From a virus (lineage: Duplodnaviria > Heunggongvirae > Uroviricota > Caudoviricetes), in the IMG/VR virus record IMGVR_UViG_3300043438_000976, positions 100,027 through 164,026 of that record: 64,000 bases of DNA; one strand, given 5' to 3'. This document shows positions 51,810-61,825 of this stretch, piece by piece; position 1 is the first letter of the stretch, and every line of letters starts with the position of its first letter. The position numbers were made by a program, and so were the translations under genes. The notes beneath the pieces are model-generated. The model was not told the DNA's origin. It saw only the letters and a list, made by a program, of their open reading frames with translations, and ran no database searches.

Positions 51810-53003
51810 ATGATAAAGCCAAAAACACAAGACGCTATAGGACAGAGTTTGGAAAAACTCAAGACTGAAGGAAATTATCGAGTATTCACTGATATCCTTC
51901 GTGAACGAGGAGAATTTCCGAAAGCGGTTTACTATGGCAAATACAATATCAAACACATAACCAACTGGTGCTCAAATGACTACTTGGGCATGGGCCAGCA
52001 CAAAGTAGTATTGGACGCAATGCACACAGCATTAGATACAGCAGGTGCAGGTTCGGGAGGCACACGAAACATTTCAGGAACTACACATTATCATGTAGCA
52101 CTTGAATGGGAGTTAGCCAAGCTGCATGACAAGACCAGTGCGTTATTGTTCACTAGCGGATATGTGGCCAATCAAGCTGCATTGAGTGTTATGGGTCGCA
52201 TGATACCCGGAGCACATTACATTAGTGATAGTAATAATCATAACAGTATGATTGTAGGAATGAAAAGCAGTCAAGCACCTGTTACAGTTTGGCGACACAA
52301 TGATCTTGCACACTTAAAAGAAATACTACAGACTATGTCTATTGACGCACAACCTATCATTACAATGGAAGGTGTATATTCTATGGACGGAGATAAAGGA
52401 CTGATTAGTGATGTTTGTGATATTGCTCGATTATACGGTGCAATGGTTTATGTTGACGAAGTACATGCTGTAGGACTATATGGCAGTCGCGGTGCCGGAG
52501 TTGCCGAAGAGCAGAGATGCGTAGAAGGTGTTGACGTGTTTCAAGGAACACTGGCCAAAGCCTACGGAGTTCAAGGAGGCTATATTGCCGCCGGGCGTGA
52601 CTTAATTGATATGGTACGCAGTTATGCACAAGGCTTTATCTTTAGCACATCCATGAGCCCGGTACTATGTGCCGGGGCATTGGCCAGTGTTAAGTACGTT
52701 GCAGATCATCCTGAACTTAGAACACGAATTTTTAATGTAGCACAACAAACTAAAGAACATTTATTGTCAAACGATATCGACGTGATGCCAGGTGATACGC
52801 ACATTGTTCCTATTATGATTCGCGATGCTAGAAAATGCAAACATATCAGTGACTGGCTATTAGAAGAACGTGCTATATATCTTCAGCCCATCAACTATCC
52901 AACGGTACCTTGGGGTGCAGAACGACTTCGTGCAACTCCAACTCCTAATCACACAGAAGCAGACATTGATTATCTAACACGAAGTTTAAAGGAAATATTA
53001 TGA
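51810..53003 (+). CDS. hemA: 5-aminolevulinate synthase (ALAS, alpha-oxoamine synthase family)
   Basis: WCSNDYLGM, GAGSGGTRNISG, YVDEVHAVGLYGSRGAGV and FQGTLAKAYGVQGGYIAA (PLP Lys) closely match ALAS signatures. Confidence 0.8.
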   Translation: MIKPKTQDAIGQSLEKLKTEGNYRVFTDILRERGEFPKAVYYGKYNIKHITNWCSNDYLGMGQHKVVLDAMHTALDTAGAGSGGTRNISGTTHYHVALEWELAKLHDKTSALLFTSGYVANQAALSVMGRMIPGAHYISDSNNHNSMIVGMKSSQAPVTVWRHNDLAHLKEILQTMSIDAQPIITMEGVYSMDGDKGLISDVCDIARLYGAMVYVDEVHAVGLYGSRGAGVAEEQRCVEGVDVFQGTLAKAYGVQGGYIAAGRDLIDMVRSYAQGFIFSTSMSPVLCAGALASVKYVADHPELRTRIFNVAQQTKEHLLSNDIDVMPGDTHIVPIMIRDARKCKHISDWLLEERAIYLQPINYPTVPWGAERLRATPTPNHTEADIDYLTRSLKEIL

Positions 53004-53419
53004 ATAAAATTAAAAAAGCATTTTGGGTAACACTGGGATTTATATTCCTAGGCATTGCCTACATCGGAATCGTAACTCCGGGTATCCCGTGGTCGACTCC
53101 CACAGTGATTGCCGCATTCTGTTTTGCTAGAGGAAGCGAACGTATGCACAACTGGATTATGAATCACAAGTTATTTGGACCGTTCTTGAGCAACTGGGGC
53201 GAGAAGCGTGTGTTCCCCACTAAGGCCAAATGGGCCATGTTCATTACTATGGATTGTAGCTTACTAATTATTTGGTTTACTACCTATAATTGGAAAGCGG
53301 TAGCAGGCACAGGATTGTTTATGATGCTGTGTGCTGTGTGGGCTTGGCGTTATCCAGGCAGCGTTGAAGAATGGCAACACCGTATATCAAACGGTCTCAA
53401 AGTCGGCTGGTTCAAGTAA
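53000..53419 (+). CDS. DUF454 (YbaN-like) inner-membrane protein
   Basis: LGFIFLGIAYIGIVTPGIPWSTP...FCFARGSERMHNW pattern of YbaN family; ATGA-coupled to ALAS. Confidence 0.4.
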   Translation: MNKIKKAFWVTLGFIFLGIAYIGIVTPGIPWSTPTVIAAFCFARGSERMHNWIMNHKLFGPFLSNWGEKRVFPTKAKWAMFITMDCSLLIIWFTTYNWKAVAGTGLFMMLCAVWAWRYPGSVEEWQHRISNGLKVGWFK

Positions 53420-53617
53420 CTCTGCGTTCCACCTAAGAGACATAAGGAGTGCATCTTTACGGCTCTTAAAAATGAATTCCATGTAATTGACGTTTGCCCG
53501 GGTTTCAAATCGATCTCCGGGCAAACCAAAGTACTCAATTGCCCATATACATACTTCGTTCCACATCTTCTCGTTTTCAAATTCACGAGACCAATGAATT
53601 TTAACAATTACTGACAC
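53387..53617 (-). CDS. sixth member of the W-rich ...LRW small-protein family (76 aa)
   Basis: YFGLPGDRF...FIFKSRKDALLMSLRWNAELLEP resembles the tandem array at 47396-48618. Confidence 0.3.
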   Translation of the reverse strand: MSVIVKIHWSREFENEKMWNEVCIWAIEYFGLPGDRFETRANVNYMEFIFKSRKDALLMSLRWNAELLEPADFETV

Positions 53618-54374
53618 TGTTTAATTCTTTAAGAATTTCTGCCTCGTTAAAAGACCACGGAGTTGGCAATGGAACTTTGATGTGAATACTGTTAGGCAGC
53701 TTGGTTAAATTTTTGTATTCTTTATAACAAGTAGCTTCGCGTTTGGCATTGCCGTTAATACGCTCACAGACCACCATGCTTTGATCACCTACTTTTGCAT
53801 AGCCAGTTACTCCGTAACCTTCTTTAGTCCACTTGATAGTAGCTGGATCAATAGGAGCATATTCGTGCCAGTAAAGGCTGACAATGTAATCGCCTTCAAT
53901 TGAATACCCGTGTACACCTACAATCTCATAACTCTTATCAGTATCAAACTTTTCAAAACTTTCTTTAATGTTAGTTTGAAAAGCTTCGAGAGTTGCAGTT
54001 CCAATTTTAACTGCTGCCGCTGTAGCATCTTTAAACGGCAATGCTTGTCGACGCTGTACAATTTCCAATCCTGCCCAAAACTTTTTATGTTTTTTGTTTT
54101 GTTTAGGACCAAGAAACATAGCAGGGTCTGTTTGAAAGTCTCGTCCTTGTTTACGCTTTAACAAGTGAGGATTCATCATGCGAGTTTTGATACTAGCCTG
54201 CATCTTGTCTTTAACGCCGTCAGCATAAAAGTTACCGTCGCCTACGTGTTCTAATCCAAAGCTCTCACAAATTGCTACTTCAAGGAATCGAGGAGGCAAT
54301 GTGTCACCGTCACTGAGCAGACTTTTTAAGCCATGGAAGATACGTGCCCGCAGGCGATCAATATTGCAGTTCAT
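53601..54374 (-). CDS. hypothetical protein (257 aa)
   Basis: ORF only. Confidence 0.25.
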   Translation of the reverse strand: MNCNIDRLRARIFHGLKSLLSDGDTLPPRFLEVAICESFGLEHVGDGNFYADGVKDKMQASIKTRMMNPHLLKRKQGRDFQTDPAMFLGPKQNKKHKKFWAGLEIVQRRQALPFKDATAAAVKIGTATLEAFQTNIKESFEKFDTDKSYEIVGVHGYSIEGDYIVSLYWHEYAPIDPATIKWTKEGYGVTGYAKVGDQSMVVCERINGNAKREATCYKEYKNLTKLPNSIHIKVPLPTPWSFNEAEILKELNSVSNC

Positions 54375-54901
54375 TTTGGACGAATTTTTAGTTTAGCATA
54401 GCAGTTTTGCACACCCACTGATTGACGAATAGCATCTTGCAATGCATCGTGCTTGCTGCCTTTAGGCATGTCCGGGTCTACACCTAGATCAAACAGTGTA
54501 CGAGTATCACGTAATTGCCAAAAGTTCCAAGGCAACGGTTTGTTCAATGAACGATACAAGTTTTCAATAATAACCAAGTCAAAGGTTGCACCGTGTGACC
54601 AAAATGCATCGCAGCCCCAAGCAAATTTATGAAACTGGTCCATTGCATCTACTAGACTAATTCGATTATCTGGACTAAACGCTTCTTCCATAATAACTGG
54701 ATCTTGTTTAGACCACCAATCTAAGGTGTTAGGATCAATTTCTCTGCCCAATGCATCTTGATCATCTAAGTTAATCTTAAAGTAAAGTTTATCACCGTAA
54801 CCATTGCCGTGTGGATTAAAGTGTACAGCACCTAGACTTAAGACAACTGCATTAGGTGAGACCGCCATGGTCTCCATATCGACCATTAGGTGTTTTGGCA
54901 T
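54371..54901 (-). CDS. dexA: DEDDh 3'-5' exonuclease, T4 DexA-like
   Basis: Exo I LMVDMETMA (D.E), C-terminal KHDALQDA (H-x4-D) Exo III; N-terminus resembles T4 DexA. Confidence 0.55.
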   Translation of the reverse strand: MPKHLMVDMETMAVSPNAVVLSLGAVHFNPHGNGYGDKLYFKINLDDQDALGREIDPNTLDWWSKQDPVIMEEAFSPDNRISLVDAMDQFHKFAWGCDAFWSHGATFDLVIIENLYRSLNKPLPWNFWQLRDTRTLFDLGVDPDMPKGSKHDALQDAIRQSVGVQNCYAKLKIRPK

Positions 54902-55270
54902 TTATTGTAACTTTCTTGGTTCTGACGGAACATCGTTGATCTGACGCAGAAGTGCTTCTGCAAATTCTGGATCCTCGTCAATCAGTTCATCAATATCTAA
55001 AGGTTTCGATTGTTCGAAAAGCTCTCCGGTTTCTGCCATTTTTTGGATTTCGGCCATCAGCTCGTCGAGCTCATCTTGGGATCCTGAGAAGTTATCAAAA
55101 CATCCAGGGGCAAATTTGATTTCAAGTTTTTTGCTCATGTATATATTGTAGCAGATAATAACGAAGGTGTCAATACATTTTTTTAGGAAGACTTTCATCT
55201 CTGAGCTTTTTAAGCCAGCGAGCTCGAGCGGCTCCTTTTTTACGTTTCTTCTCAGTGGTGGGTTTTTCAA
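54902..55270 (-). CDS. hypothetical acidic protein (122 aa)
   Basis: ORF only. Confidence 0.25.
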   Translation of the reverse strand: MKNPPLRRNVKKEPLELAGLKSSEMKVFLKKCIDTFVIICYNIYMSKKLEIKFAPGCFDNFSGSQDELDELMAEIQKMAETGELFEQSKPLDIDELIDEDPEFAEALLRQINDVPSEPRKLQ

Positions 55271-55415
55271 AGTGTTGACGTTTAACTACATCAATTAGTT
55301 TTCCAGAGTCTTCTACTTTCTTTTTGAATTTTCTAAGGGCAACGTTAACATTGTCATCCTTAACTTCAACACTAAGACCTTTATTATTGTTTCTTTTCAT
55401 TTTCTTTTTTGTCAA
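55170..55415 (-). CDS. hypothetical basic protein (81 aa), overlaps neighbour
   Basis: K/R-rich; overlaps 54902 ORF in another frame. Confidence 0.2.
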   Translation of the reverse strand: MTKKKMKRNNNKGLSVEVKDDNVNVALRKFKKKVEDSGKLIDVVKRQHFEKPTTEKKRKKGAARARWLKKLRDESLPKKMY

Positions 55416-56622
55416 AAATTAGCACAGCCGGCTTTCCTTCGACTGTTTCTTTACTTATCACAATTTTGGTTAAACCACGGGCTACAAGATCCATGGCTTC
55501 GAATTGATAACGTAAAAGTATTTTTTCCAAAATATTCTTGAGACCACGTGCGTTAGTCTCCATTAACTTTGCCTGTTCGGCGATTGCACCTAATGCACTA
55601 TCTTCAATTTGAAGTTCAACTCCGTCTAGTTCAAAGATATACTGATATTGTTGTAATAGACTGTTTTTTGGCTCTTTAAGGATTTGCACTAATTGTTCAG
55701 TTGTTAGCTCATCAACTGATGTAGCTGTACCAAAACGACCTACAAATTCTGGGATTAATCCAAAGCTGATTAGGTCTTTAGTAGTAACTTCTTTGAAAAG
55801 ATCTTTCTTTTCATCTTTGCCTTTTAGTTTGCTGCCAAAACCTACTGAGCTAGTAGTGGTTCTACGTGCTACAATTTTATCCAGTCCCACAAATGCACCG
55901 CCGCAAATGAACAGAATATTTTGAGTATCAATTTCGTTCATCTCACCGCGTGGATGTTTGCGTTTTTCACCTGCTGGCAGTCTAACCACACTGCCTTCAA
56001 TCATTTTCAACAGCCCTTGTTGGACGCCTTCGCCTGATACGTCACGAGTGATACTGGCACTTTCACCTTTGCGGCTAATCTTGTCAATTTCATCAATATA
56101 TATAATGCCGTGCTCTGCTTTCTTGATATCACCATCAGCATTGCCAACTAGACGTACAAGAACACTTTCGACATCGTCTCCAACGTATCCTGCTTCAGTA
56201 AGTCCAGTAGCATCACAGATTGCAAATGGTACATCTAAGTACTCGGCTAGTTTTTTAACCAGCATGGTTTTGCCGCAGCCAGTTGGACCCATCATCAGCA
56301 CATTAGTCTTGTCAATTTCAATGTTACGATTATTTTTAGCAATACGTTTGAAGTGCTGACATACTGCTACCGCCAGTGCCATTTTAGCATCAGCTTGTCC
56401 GATCACGTATTCATCGAGATATTCTTTAACTCGAACTGGATTAAGCAACTGAGCAGAATCTGTAGGGAATTTTTTAACCTTGTCGTCTTTGAGAATGTCA
56501 AGACACAGGTCAACGCATTCATTACAAATTGCAATGTTGTCACCGCCAACAATTAGTTTTTCAACTTCTTCTTTACTCTTACCGCAGAAACTGCAACTGG
56601 GAGTGTGATCTTTATTTGCCAA
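55384..56622 (-). CDS. clpX: ATP-dependent Clp protease ATP-binding subunit ClpX
   Basis: N-terminal C4 zinc finger CSFCGKS...CNECVDLC, Walker [11 protein letters not shown], Walker [10 protein letters not shown], sensor/arginine fingers; 412 aa. Confidence 0.9.
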   Translation of the reverse strand: MANKDHTPSCSFCGKSKEEVEKLIVGGDNIAICNECVDLCLDILKDDKVKKFPTDSAQLLNPVRVKEYLDEYVIGQADAKMALAVAVCQHFKRIAKNNRNIEIDKTNVLMMGPTGCGKTMLVKKLAEYLDVPFAICDATGLTEAGYVGDDVESVLVRLVGNADGDIKKAEHGIIYIDEIDKISRKGESASITRDVSGEGVQQGLLKMIEGSVVRLPAGEKRKHPRGEMNEIDTQNILFICGGAFVGLDKIVARRTTTSSVGFGSKLKGKDEKKDLFKEVTTKDLISFGLIPEFVGRFGTATSVDELTTEQLVQILKEPKNSLLQQYQYIFELDGVELQIEDSALGAIAEQAKLMETNARGLKNILEKILLRYQFEAMDLVARGLTKIVISKETVEGKPAVLIFDKKENEKKQ

Positions 56623-56992
56623 AATTAACCTCTAGAAATTTAGTAATATTGTTAACGAGTTGTTGGTTAATATAACTCATCAACGCTTTGAAATTCTCAT
56701 CAGCAGCCGAATAAAAAACATGCGGCTTGCCGAGTACGTAACTAGTTATCCATTTAGTAACATCGCTGTCATTGTTACAGTTGATGTACACTGCTTTGGA
56801 TTTTGAAATTGCATGAAACAACCAACCTATATCAGTCTCGCCTTGATAGTAATATAGGTTGATAGGTTTCTCTAACAAGTGATCCGAGAACCATTTGCTT
56901 GCATCTTCTTGCTCTTGGTCTGATATATTCATAAAGAGAATACTGTCGTTCTCGTTTTCAAATATATCAGGCGGCGTTATCAGTGTTATCAT
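56612..56992 (-). CDS. hypothetical protein (126 aa)
   Basis: ORF only. Confidence 0.25.
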   Translation of the reverse strand: MITLITPPDIFENENDSILFMNISDQEQEDASKWFSDHLLEKPINLYYYQGETDIGWLFHAISKSKAVYINCNNDSDVTKWITSYVLGKPHVFYSAADENFKALMSYINQQLVNNITKFLEVNFGK

Positions 56993-58355
56993 TCTGCTTA
57001 CGTATTTTGTCTATGTATTCTTCTTCACTGATCTTCGAATTAATAGCTCTCCACAATCCACTTTTAGATTGTTCTTCGTTCTGCACATATTCACTAGATC
57101 CTGTTAGCTTAGTTTCTAATTGATGTATTTTGCTATACAAACTTTGTATTTCAGTTTTCTGTGCATTAGATAGTTTAGCTTCAAAGTCTGCCTTTTGCAA
57201 GTCTTCTAACTGATTTTTTAAGTCGTCGTTTTCTTGTTGCAGTCGATTAACTGTGCCTTCTAGTGCATCAATTAATGCAGCCTCTACAACATATTCTTTT
57301 GGCTTTTCAACCACTGGCTCGGGTGTATACACCATAGGCTCTAAGCCTTCAAAATGTGTAAAGCCATTATTAAGATAAGGATGTTGTTCTAGTATAGATG
57401 TTGTGACAGTGGATTCTGGGGAGACTATGTCAACAACCGGTCCTGGTGGGCTGTCACCCTCCGTAATTTCTTCAAATGTCGGAAACAGGTCGTCCTTGAT
57501 TTTTTCTTTAGTAGGCGGTTCACTGACATCTGCAACAAACGCAGGAACTGTATTGTGTAATAAGAAATCACCTTCTTCATATTCACGGAATTTTTGAAAG
57601 CTAATTTGGCTGGATAATAATAAAATAACAGCCAGCGGATCAAACACTATGATTAAAATAACAATTACCCAGGTAACTGCTTTTTCTAAAATTGTTTCAT
57701 CTGTTTCGCCATAGACAAATGCCGCAATGTATTTGATTGGCCCTACTTCGGCTTCAACCTTTCGTACCTCTGCCGCGATTGGAGCACGTTCTTGGCTAAT
57801 AGCGGCAACAGTTTTCTGTTCGGCTTGGATCTCAGACTGAAGGCGGGCACGTTCTTTTTGTTGTGAGCGTCTAATCCCAACAGCTTTGTCGGCACCCGTT
57901 TCTGAACTGCTTCTTGCCATGACTTGGTCCACAGCCTCATCCATCTGTTTAAGAGCCTTACGGTTCGCATCTATATTGTCCTTGGCTGTTTTAATCTTTT
58001 CGTCATAGATAGCAATCTTGCTTTGTACATCACCCGATACTAGGCTTTGATCTGAGTGTGCTTTAGATAAGAATCCAAAAATACCCATTGATGTGATCAG
58101 CATCAATACTGCGATTGCAGCCAGCAAGTAAGTTCGAATACTCCAGGGTGCAATGTTCCAATTTTGTTTTAGCCATAATGTAGCAGTGACTTTTCCTATG
58201 CCTAAAGCAATACCCATTATAACAACAGGGATAACTGCGGCTGAGAAAATTGCAGTCAGGCCGAGAATACTGTAGTACTCTGCTACAATCGAAAGAGTTA
58301 TACCGCTTAGTAATGCTAGGTAGGCGAGAAATTTTTCATTTAATGTTGGTTTCAT
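56967..58355 (-). CDS. multi-pass membrane protein with extended coiled-coil regions
   Basis: several N-terminal TM helices, long heptad-like charged region, second TM block. Confidence 0.3.
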   Translation of the reverse strand: MKPTLNEKFLAYLALLSGITLSIVAEYYSILGLTAIFSAAVIPVVIMGIALGIGKVTATLWLKQNWNIAPWSIRTYLLAAIAVLMLITSMGIFGFLSKAHSDQSLVSGDVQSKIAIYDEKIKTAKDNIDANRKALKQMDEAVDQVMARSSSETGADKAVGIRRSQQKERARLQSEIQAEQKTVAAISQERAPIAAEVRKVEAEVGPIKYIAAFVYGETDETILEKAVTWVIVILIIVFDPLAVILLLSSQISFQKFREYEEGDFLLHNTVPAFVADVSEPPTKEKIKDDLFPTFEEITEGDSPPGPVVDIVSPESTVTTSILEQHPYLNNGFTHFEGLEPMVYTPEPVVEKPKEYVVEAALIDALEGTVNRLQQENDDLKNQLEDLQKADFEAKLSNAQKTEIQSLYSKIHQLETKLTGSSEYVQNEEQSKSGLWRAINSKISEEEYIDKIRKQNDNTDNAA

Positions 58356-58367
58356 AAGAGATATTTA

Positions 58368-58961
58368 TTAACAGCGTCCTGCATTACAATCAGGATACTT
58401 ACCTATATTAGCTTTAAAATAGTCTAACAAAGCCTTTTCTAATTCTTTGTGAATTTGAGATTTGATAATTTTTTCTTCATTACAGATCTTAATAGGAAAA
58501 TCAATCTCAGGACATTTCATAGCATATATTTCAATAGCATGAATGTGAAATTTATTTTGTGTTTCTATCCTTAGGATATCTCGAATATCCTCATCGGTGC
58601 CGCCGCCTTTCCTATATCGACCGAGACGGCACTGTGTGCCTAGCTTAGGTTGTCCATCTGACATTTTTATTCCTAACGGATTACCTGTTTCTCCTATCTT
58701 GACAATACGACCATGTTGAGTAATAACGTATACCCAACTTCTATGTGAGTCATACATTACTGATTCATCAATATGAGTATATTCCCAGTAATTGCCCACT
58801 CGAGTACTTCTAACTGAGCATACTTTTTTAAAACCTAGATCTGAGTAATGATCAACGTTTTCTGCCGCGGGATTAATCCTTGCTTGTTCTTTCTGTAGTA
58901 GATATTCTTCACGTAATTCTTCGCTAGATCTAGGCATGCCGTATTTTTCAAAAAATGTCAT
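58368..58961 (-). CDS. hypothetical protein (197 aa), possible GIY-YIG-like nuclease fold
   Basis: SWVYVITQHGRIVKIGETG loosely resembles GIY-x-YIG blocks; low support. Confidence 0.2.
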   Translation of the reverse strand: MTFFEKYGMPRSSEELREEYLLQKEQARINPAAENVDHYSDLGFKKVCSVRSTRVGNYWEYTHIDESVMYDSHRSWVYVITQHGRIVKIGETGNPLGIKMSDGQPKLGTQCRLGRYRKGGGTDEDIRDILRIETQNKFHIHAIEIYAMKCPEIDFPIKICNEEKIIKSQIHKELEKALLDYFKANIGKYPDCNAGRC

Positions 58962-58962
58962 A

Positions 58963-59355
58963 TTATCTCCTCATGTTAGAAATTGCAACTGCTTCCTCAT
59001 CTGAGAAAACCGGAACAGCATTAGACTTGTGCATTGTTGCAATGCCCTTGACTTTTGTGCCTGTATATACTTTAGGAGGTGCAAGAGTTGCACTGCCCAT
59101 TCCGTCACCCCGACTAGGGGCTCGTGATGTGTTTTCTCTGCCCGGTGGTGCAGATAATTTGTAGGACAACGGTTCAGCTGACAGTGCCCGCTTACGTTTT
59201 TTGTCCTCGGCTTCTACTGCCCATTTCTTTTGAAGTTCTTTCCAAGACTCGTCGAGGTCACGTGCTTTACGAGCCTCGTCTGCATTACGAAATTTAACTT
59301 TGCCCTTCTTCTTGCCATTGAGACTAAGGCTAGGGTGATGTAGATGCATTGACAT
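58963..59355 (-). CDS. hypothetical basic protein (130 aa)
   Basis: ORF only. Confidence 0.25.
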   Translation of the reverse strand: MSMHLHHPSLSLNGKKKGKVKFRNADEARKARDLDESWKELQKKWAVEAEDKKRKRALSAEPLSYKLSAPPGRENTSRAPSRGDGMGSATLAPPKVYTGTKVKGIATMHKSNAVPVFSDEEAVAISNMRR

Positions 59356-59750
59356 TATGCTAACTCAGTTTGGGGAAAGTCAATAGGATTAGCAGTGTTC
59401 GATGCGTGTGGTTCAAATGACTTTTGGACCTTGCTAGGAATGCCAGTAAATCTCAGTACTTGACCGTTAGGTGCAATTTTGAGAGATCCTGCTACTACCC
59501 AAATTTGTTTGCCAGCAGGATCAATGCCTGCTAACTTTCGTACTACACCATTAATCAATCCAGTAGCAGTGTCTTTGCCCCTAGTCCATTGATATGTAGT
59601 ATCTTTATTAAACCAAATCTGTTCATCTTTAGATTGGTTAATGCACCATAGTTTCAATTGTGTAAGTGTGTATTCAGCGTTCATTATGAACCTCCTATAG
59701 ACATAGTATACACTCGGTATAACCAATAGTGCAACCATTGATTTTACCAA
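59355..59750 (-). CDS. hypothetical membrane-anchored protein (131 aa)
   Basis: N-terminal hydrophobic segment. Confidence 0.25.
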   Translation of the reverse strand: MVKSMVALLVIPSVYYVYRRFIMNAEYTLTQLKLWCINQSKDEQIWFNKDTTYQWTRGKDTATGLINGVVRKLAGIDPAGKQIWVVAGSLKIAPNGQVLRFTGIPSKVQKSFEPHASNTANPIDFPQTELA

Positions 59751-59765
59751 ACAGTAAATATTATT

Positions 59766-60488
59766 ATGGAACTAGTATATGGTAACTTTCGAGCTTTTCA
59801 ATGTTCTCTTTTGGACTGCGAAAGTATTTTATCTATCTATCGATCCAAATCACATATACAAGGTTCTCTTAAAAATATCAAATCTGACGAGGATTTCGAA
59901 AGGATACTTATAGACATGTTGTTAGATAAAAATTCAGAATACCGTGTCTTGGCTGTTGAAGATTTATCTACTAATGTTTTAATTTCATTTTCTATCTATT
60001 CGTTTCCGAACTCTAGTCAGTTTGGATTTCTAATGCTAGCCGGAACGCTGCCAACTGATAATTCTATACCCGAAAGTAGGAACACTGGTGCAGTTGCATT
60101 ATTAACATTGGGTGTGATGATTGGAGAAAGTTTAAATGTATTTGATATTTTTATGAGTGTTAAGATAACTGCTTATCTTCCTTTATGCCGCCTCATTAAT
60201 TCACACGAAACTAACTCCGGTGAAGAAAACAGAACTTATTGGCTACTACATAAAATAGTACATCCCACTGACTGTCTAGTAGCATCTATAGAAAAATATC
60301 TATTAGGACATCCACTGGTTGACAGATTATATCCGGTTGCAATAGTGCATCTCAGCGTTAAACAAAAATTTAGGATAGCACATTACAAACATAATTTTAG
60401 TGTTTCCGAAGAAACACTAACAAAATATACTGTACCTAATTATGCTTGTTCTACTTCAACAACAACATCGCCGGGCACTAGCTCTTGA
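59766..60488 (+). CDS. hypothetical protein (240 aa), sole plus-strand ORF amid minus-strand genes
   Basis: only long ORF in 59751-60440; no SD; possible -35/-10 upstream; start uncertain. Confidence 0.25.
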   Translation: MELVYGNFRAFQCSLLDCESILSIYRSKSHIQGSLKNIKSDEDFERILIDMLLDKNSEYRVLAVEDLSTNVLISFSIYSFPNSSQFGFLMLAGTLPTDNSIPESRNTGAVALLTLGVMIGESLNVFDIFMSVKITAYLPLCRLINSHETNSGEENRTYWLLHKIVHPTDCLVASIEKYLLGHPLVDRLYPVAIVHLSVKQKFRIAHYKHNFSVSEETLTKYTVPNYACSTSTTTSPGTSS

Positions 60489-60593
60489 ATGACCTGTTCT
60501 ATTGTTGCAGGCAAGTCAGCAAATGTATTGCCGTCGCCACCTCGATCTCTAACCAATTGACTTAGTTTAATAACAAAAATAGTTTCTTGAATT

Positions 60594-60839
60594 TTAGCCA
60601 TTTGTTTTTCCTTCGGCTGCATATTTTTCTTGTGCAGCTTTTAATTGTTCTTCATTCAGTCCATGCCACCCAATGCACTTACCTGTTGGACTACGACCAC
60701 AACCGCATTGCCCAATTTTACTTTCATCTTCTTTAACTCTTACCTGCATATCTTTCTTCCTAAAAATTGCATCATAGTTTGTGCTAAATGCTTTTAAATC
60801 TGTAGGGCGTTGTCTATCGCCCTTACCACCGTGACCCAT
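60594..60839 (-). CDS. small Cys-cluster protein (CGCGRSPTGKCIGWHG)
   Basis: 81 aa, four Cys in a short cluster. Confidence 0.25.
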   Translation of the reverse strand: MGHGGKGDRQRPTDLKAFSTNYDAIFRKKDMQVRVKEDESKIGQCGCGRSPTGKCIGWHGLNEEQLKAAQEKYAAEGKTNG

Positions 60840-60840
60840 A

Positions 60841-61146
60841 TTATTCCTTTGTTCCGAATGCTACTGCTACCACTAGATCGTCTTCATGGCTAAGTGTCAT
60901 TGTGTAGTTATACTTTAAGGTGTTATCAACATCCACAATCTTGGGTGCAGAATTTTTTGGAAACAGCACTCTGATTTGCTCACTGTTAACATTGCCGCCT
61001 TCTGCTTTGTAAACTGCTTCAAGACAAGCCCAGGTCTTTGCGGCCGCTAGAGCAGTAGTACCGTCCACATTGAATCGTTTGATAAACTGTTCTAAGTTTG
61101 ACATTTTTTCAAACCTAGATATTCTTGTAATATCTATACCAATCAT
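60841..61146 (-). CDS. acpS: holo-ACP synthase (4'-phosphopantetheinyl transferase AcpS-like)
   Basis: MIGIDITRI (GxD Mg-binding), LEAVYKAEGG (KEA..KA), LSHEDDLVVAVAF blocks align with AcpS. Confidence 0.55.
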   Translation of the reverse strand: MIGIDITRISRFEKMSNLEQFIKRFNVDGTTALAAAKTWACLEAVYKAEGGNVNSEQIRVLFPKNSAPKIVDVDNTLKYNYTMTLSHEDDLVVAVAFGTKE

Positions 61147-61205
61147 AAAATATTATAACATAAAAAAAGGCTACCAGAGTAGCCTTTTGGTTACTAAAGT
61201 TAAGA

Positions 61206-61655
61206 TCAGAACTTAACTTTTAGTCCGGCGGTAACTGTGTTACCGTCAAATGCGTTAACACGGTCTTGACCGTATTGGCGACGAGCATCAACTGTGAGGT
61301 CAACAGTTTTGTTTAACGGAACACTTGCACCAACACCGAGTGTTAGAGCATAGCCGTCAACTGCGGCAGAGTTTCTGAGATGAGCAACCCCGACTTTTGG
61401 AGTAACTGTTACAGGACCAAATTTTGCAACATCGTAACCAGCTGTTAGGCTCAATCGATCTTGGTCGTTGACTTCCTTAGTGAAACGCTCAAATCCAGCA
61501 GTGACACCAACTTTGCCAAACTTCTGACCTAGTGTAATACCCATACCGTCTGTGTTTGTACCTGTGTACTCACGTGCGGCTGTTACACCAACTTCTAATG
61601 CGGATGCAGACATTGCTGCCATTGCGATTAGAGATGCGATTGCGATTTTCTTCAT
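61206..61655 (-). CDS. small outer-membrane beta-barrel protein (OmpX/OmpW/OmpA-N-like)
   Basis: signal peptide, alternating amphipathic strands, C-terminal ...AGLKVKF aromatic terminus typical of OMPs. Confidence 0.45.
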   Translation of the reverse strand: MKKIAIASLIAMAAMSASALEVGVTAAREYTGTNTDGMGITLGQKFGKVGVTAGFERFTKEVNDQDRLSLTAGYDVAKFGPVTVTPKVGVAHLRNSAAVDGYALTLGVGASVPLNKTVDLTVDARRQYGQDRVNAFDGNTVTAGLKVKF

Positions 61656-61825
61656 TTTTAATTTCCTTTAAAATAGATGATTAATTCATCATCTACTATT
61701 ATATATCAGTATTAGCACCGATGTCAACTAAATCTGAGTCTAATGTTGCCAAAAGAAAACCCGCCAAAGCGGGTTTACTGCTGACTACTTATCACATTGT
61801 ACGCCGTCAGCAGGCGAGTATCTTA

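Noticed and set aside
60440-60622. 60-aa ORF next to acpS as an acyl carrier protein
   Set aside because: Helix pattern is ACP-like but the DSL serine is replaced (DRGGDGNT), so it cannot be phosphopantetheinylated as written. Kept only as a question in findings, not called as ACP.
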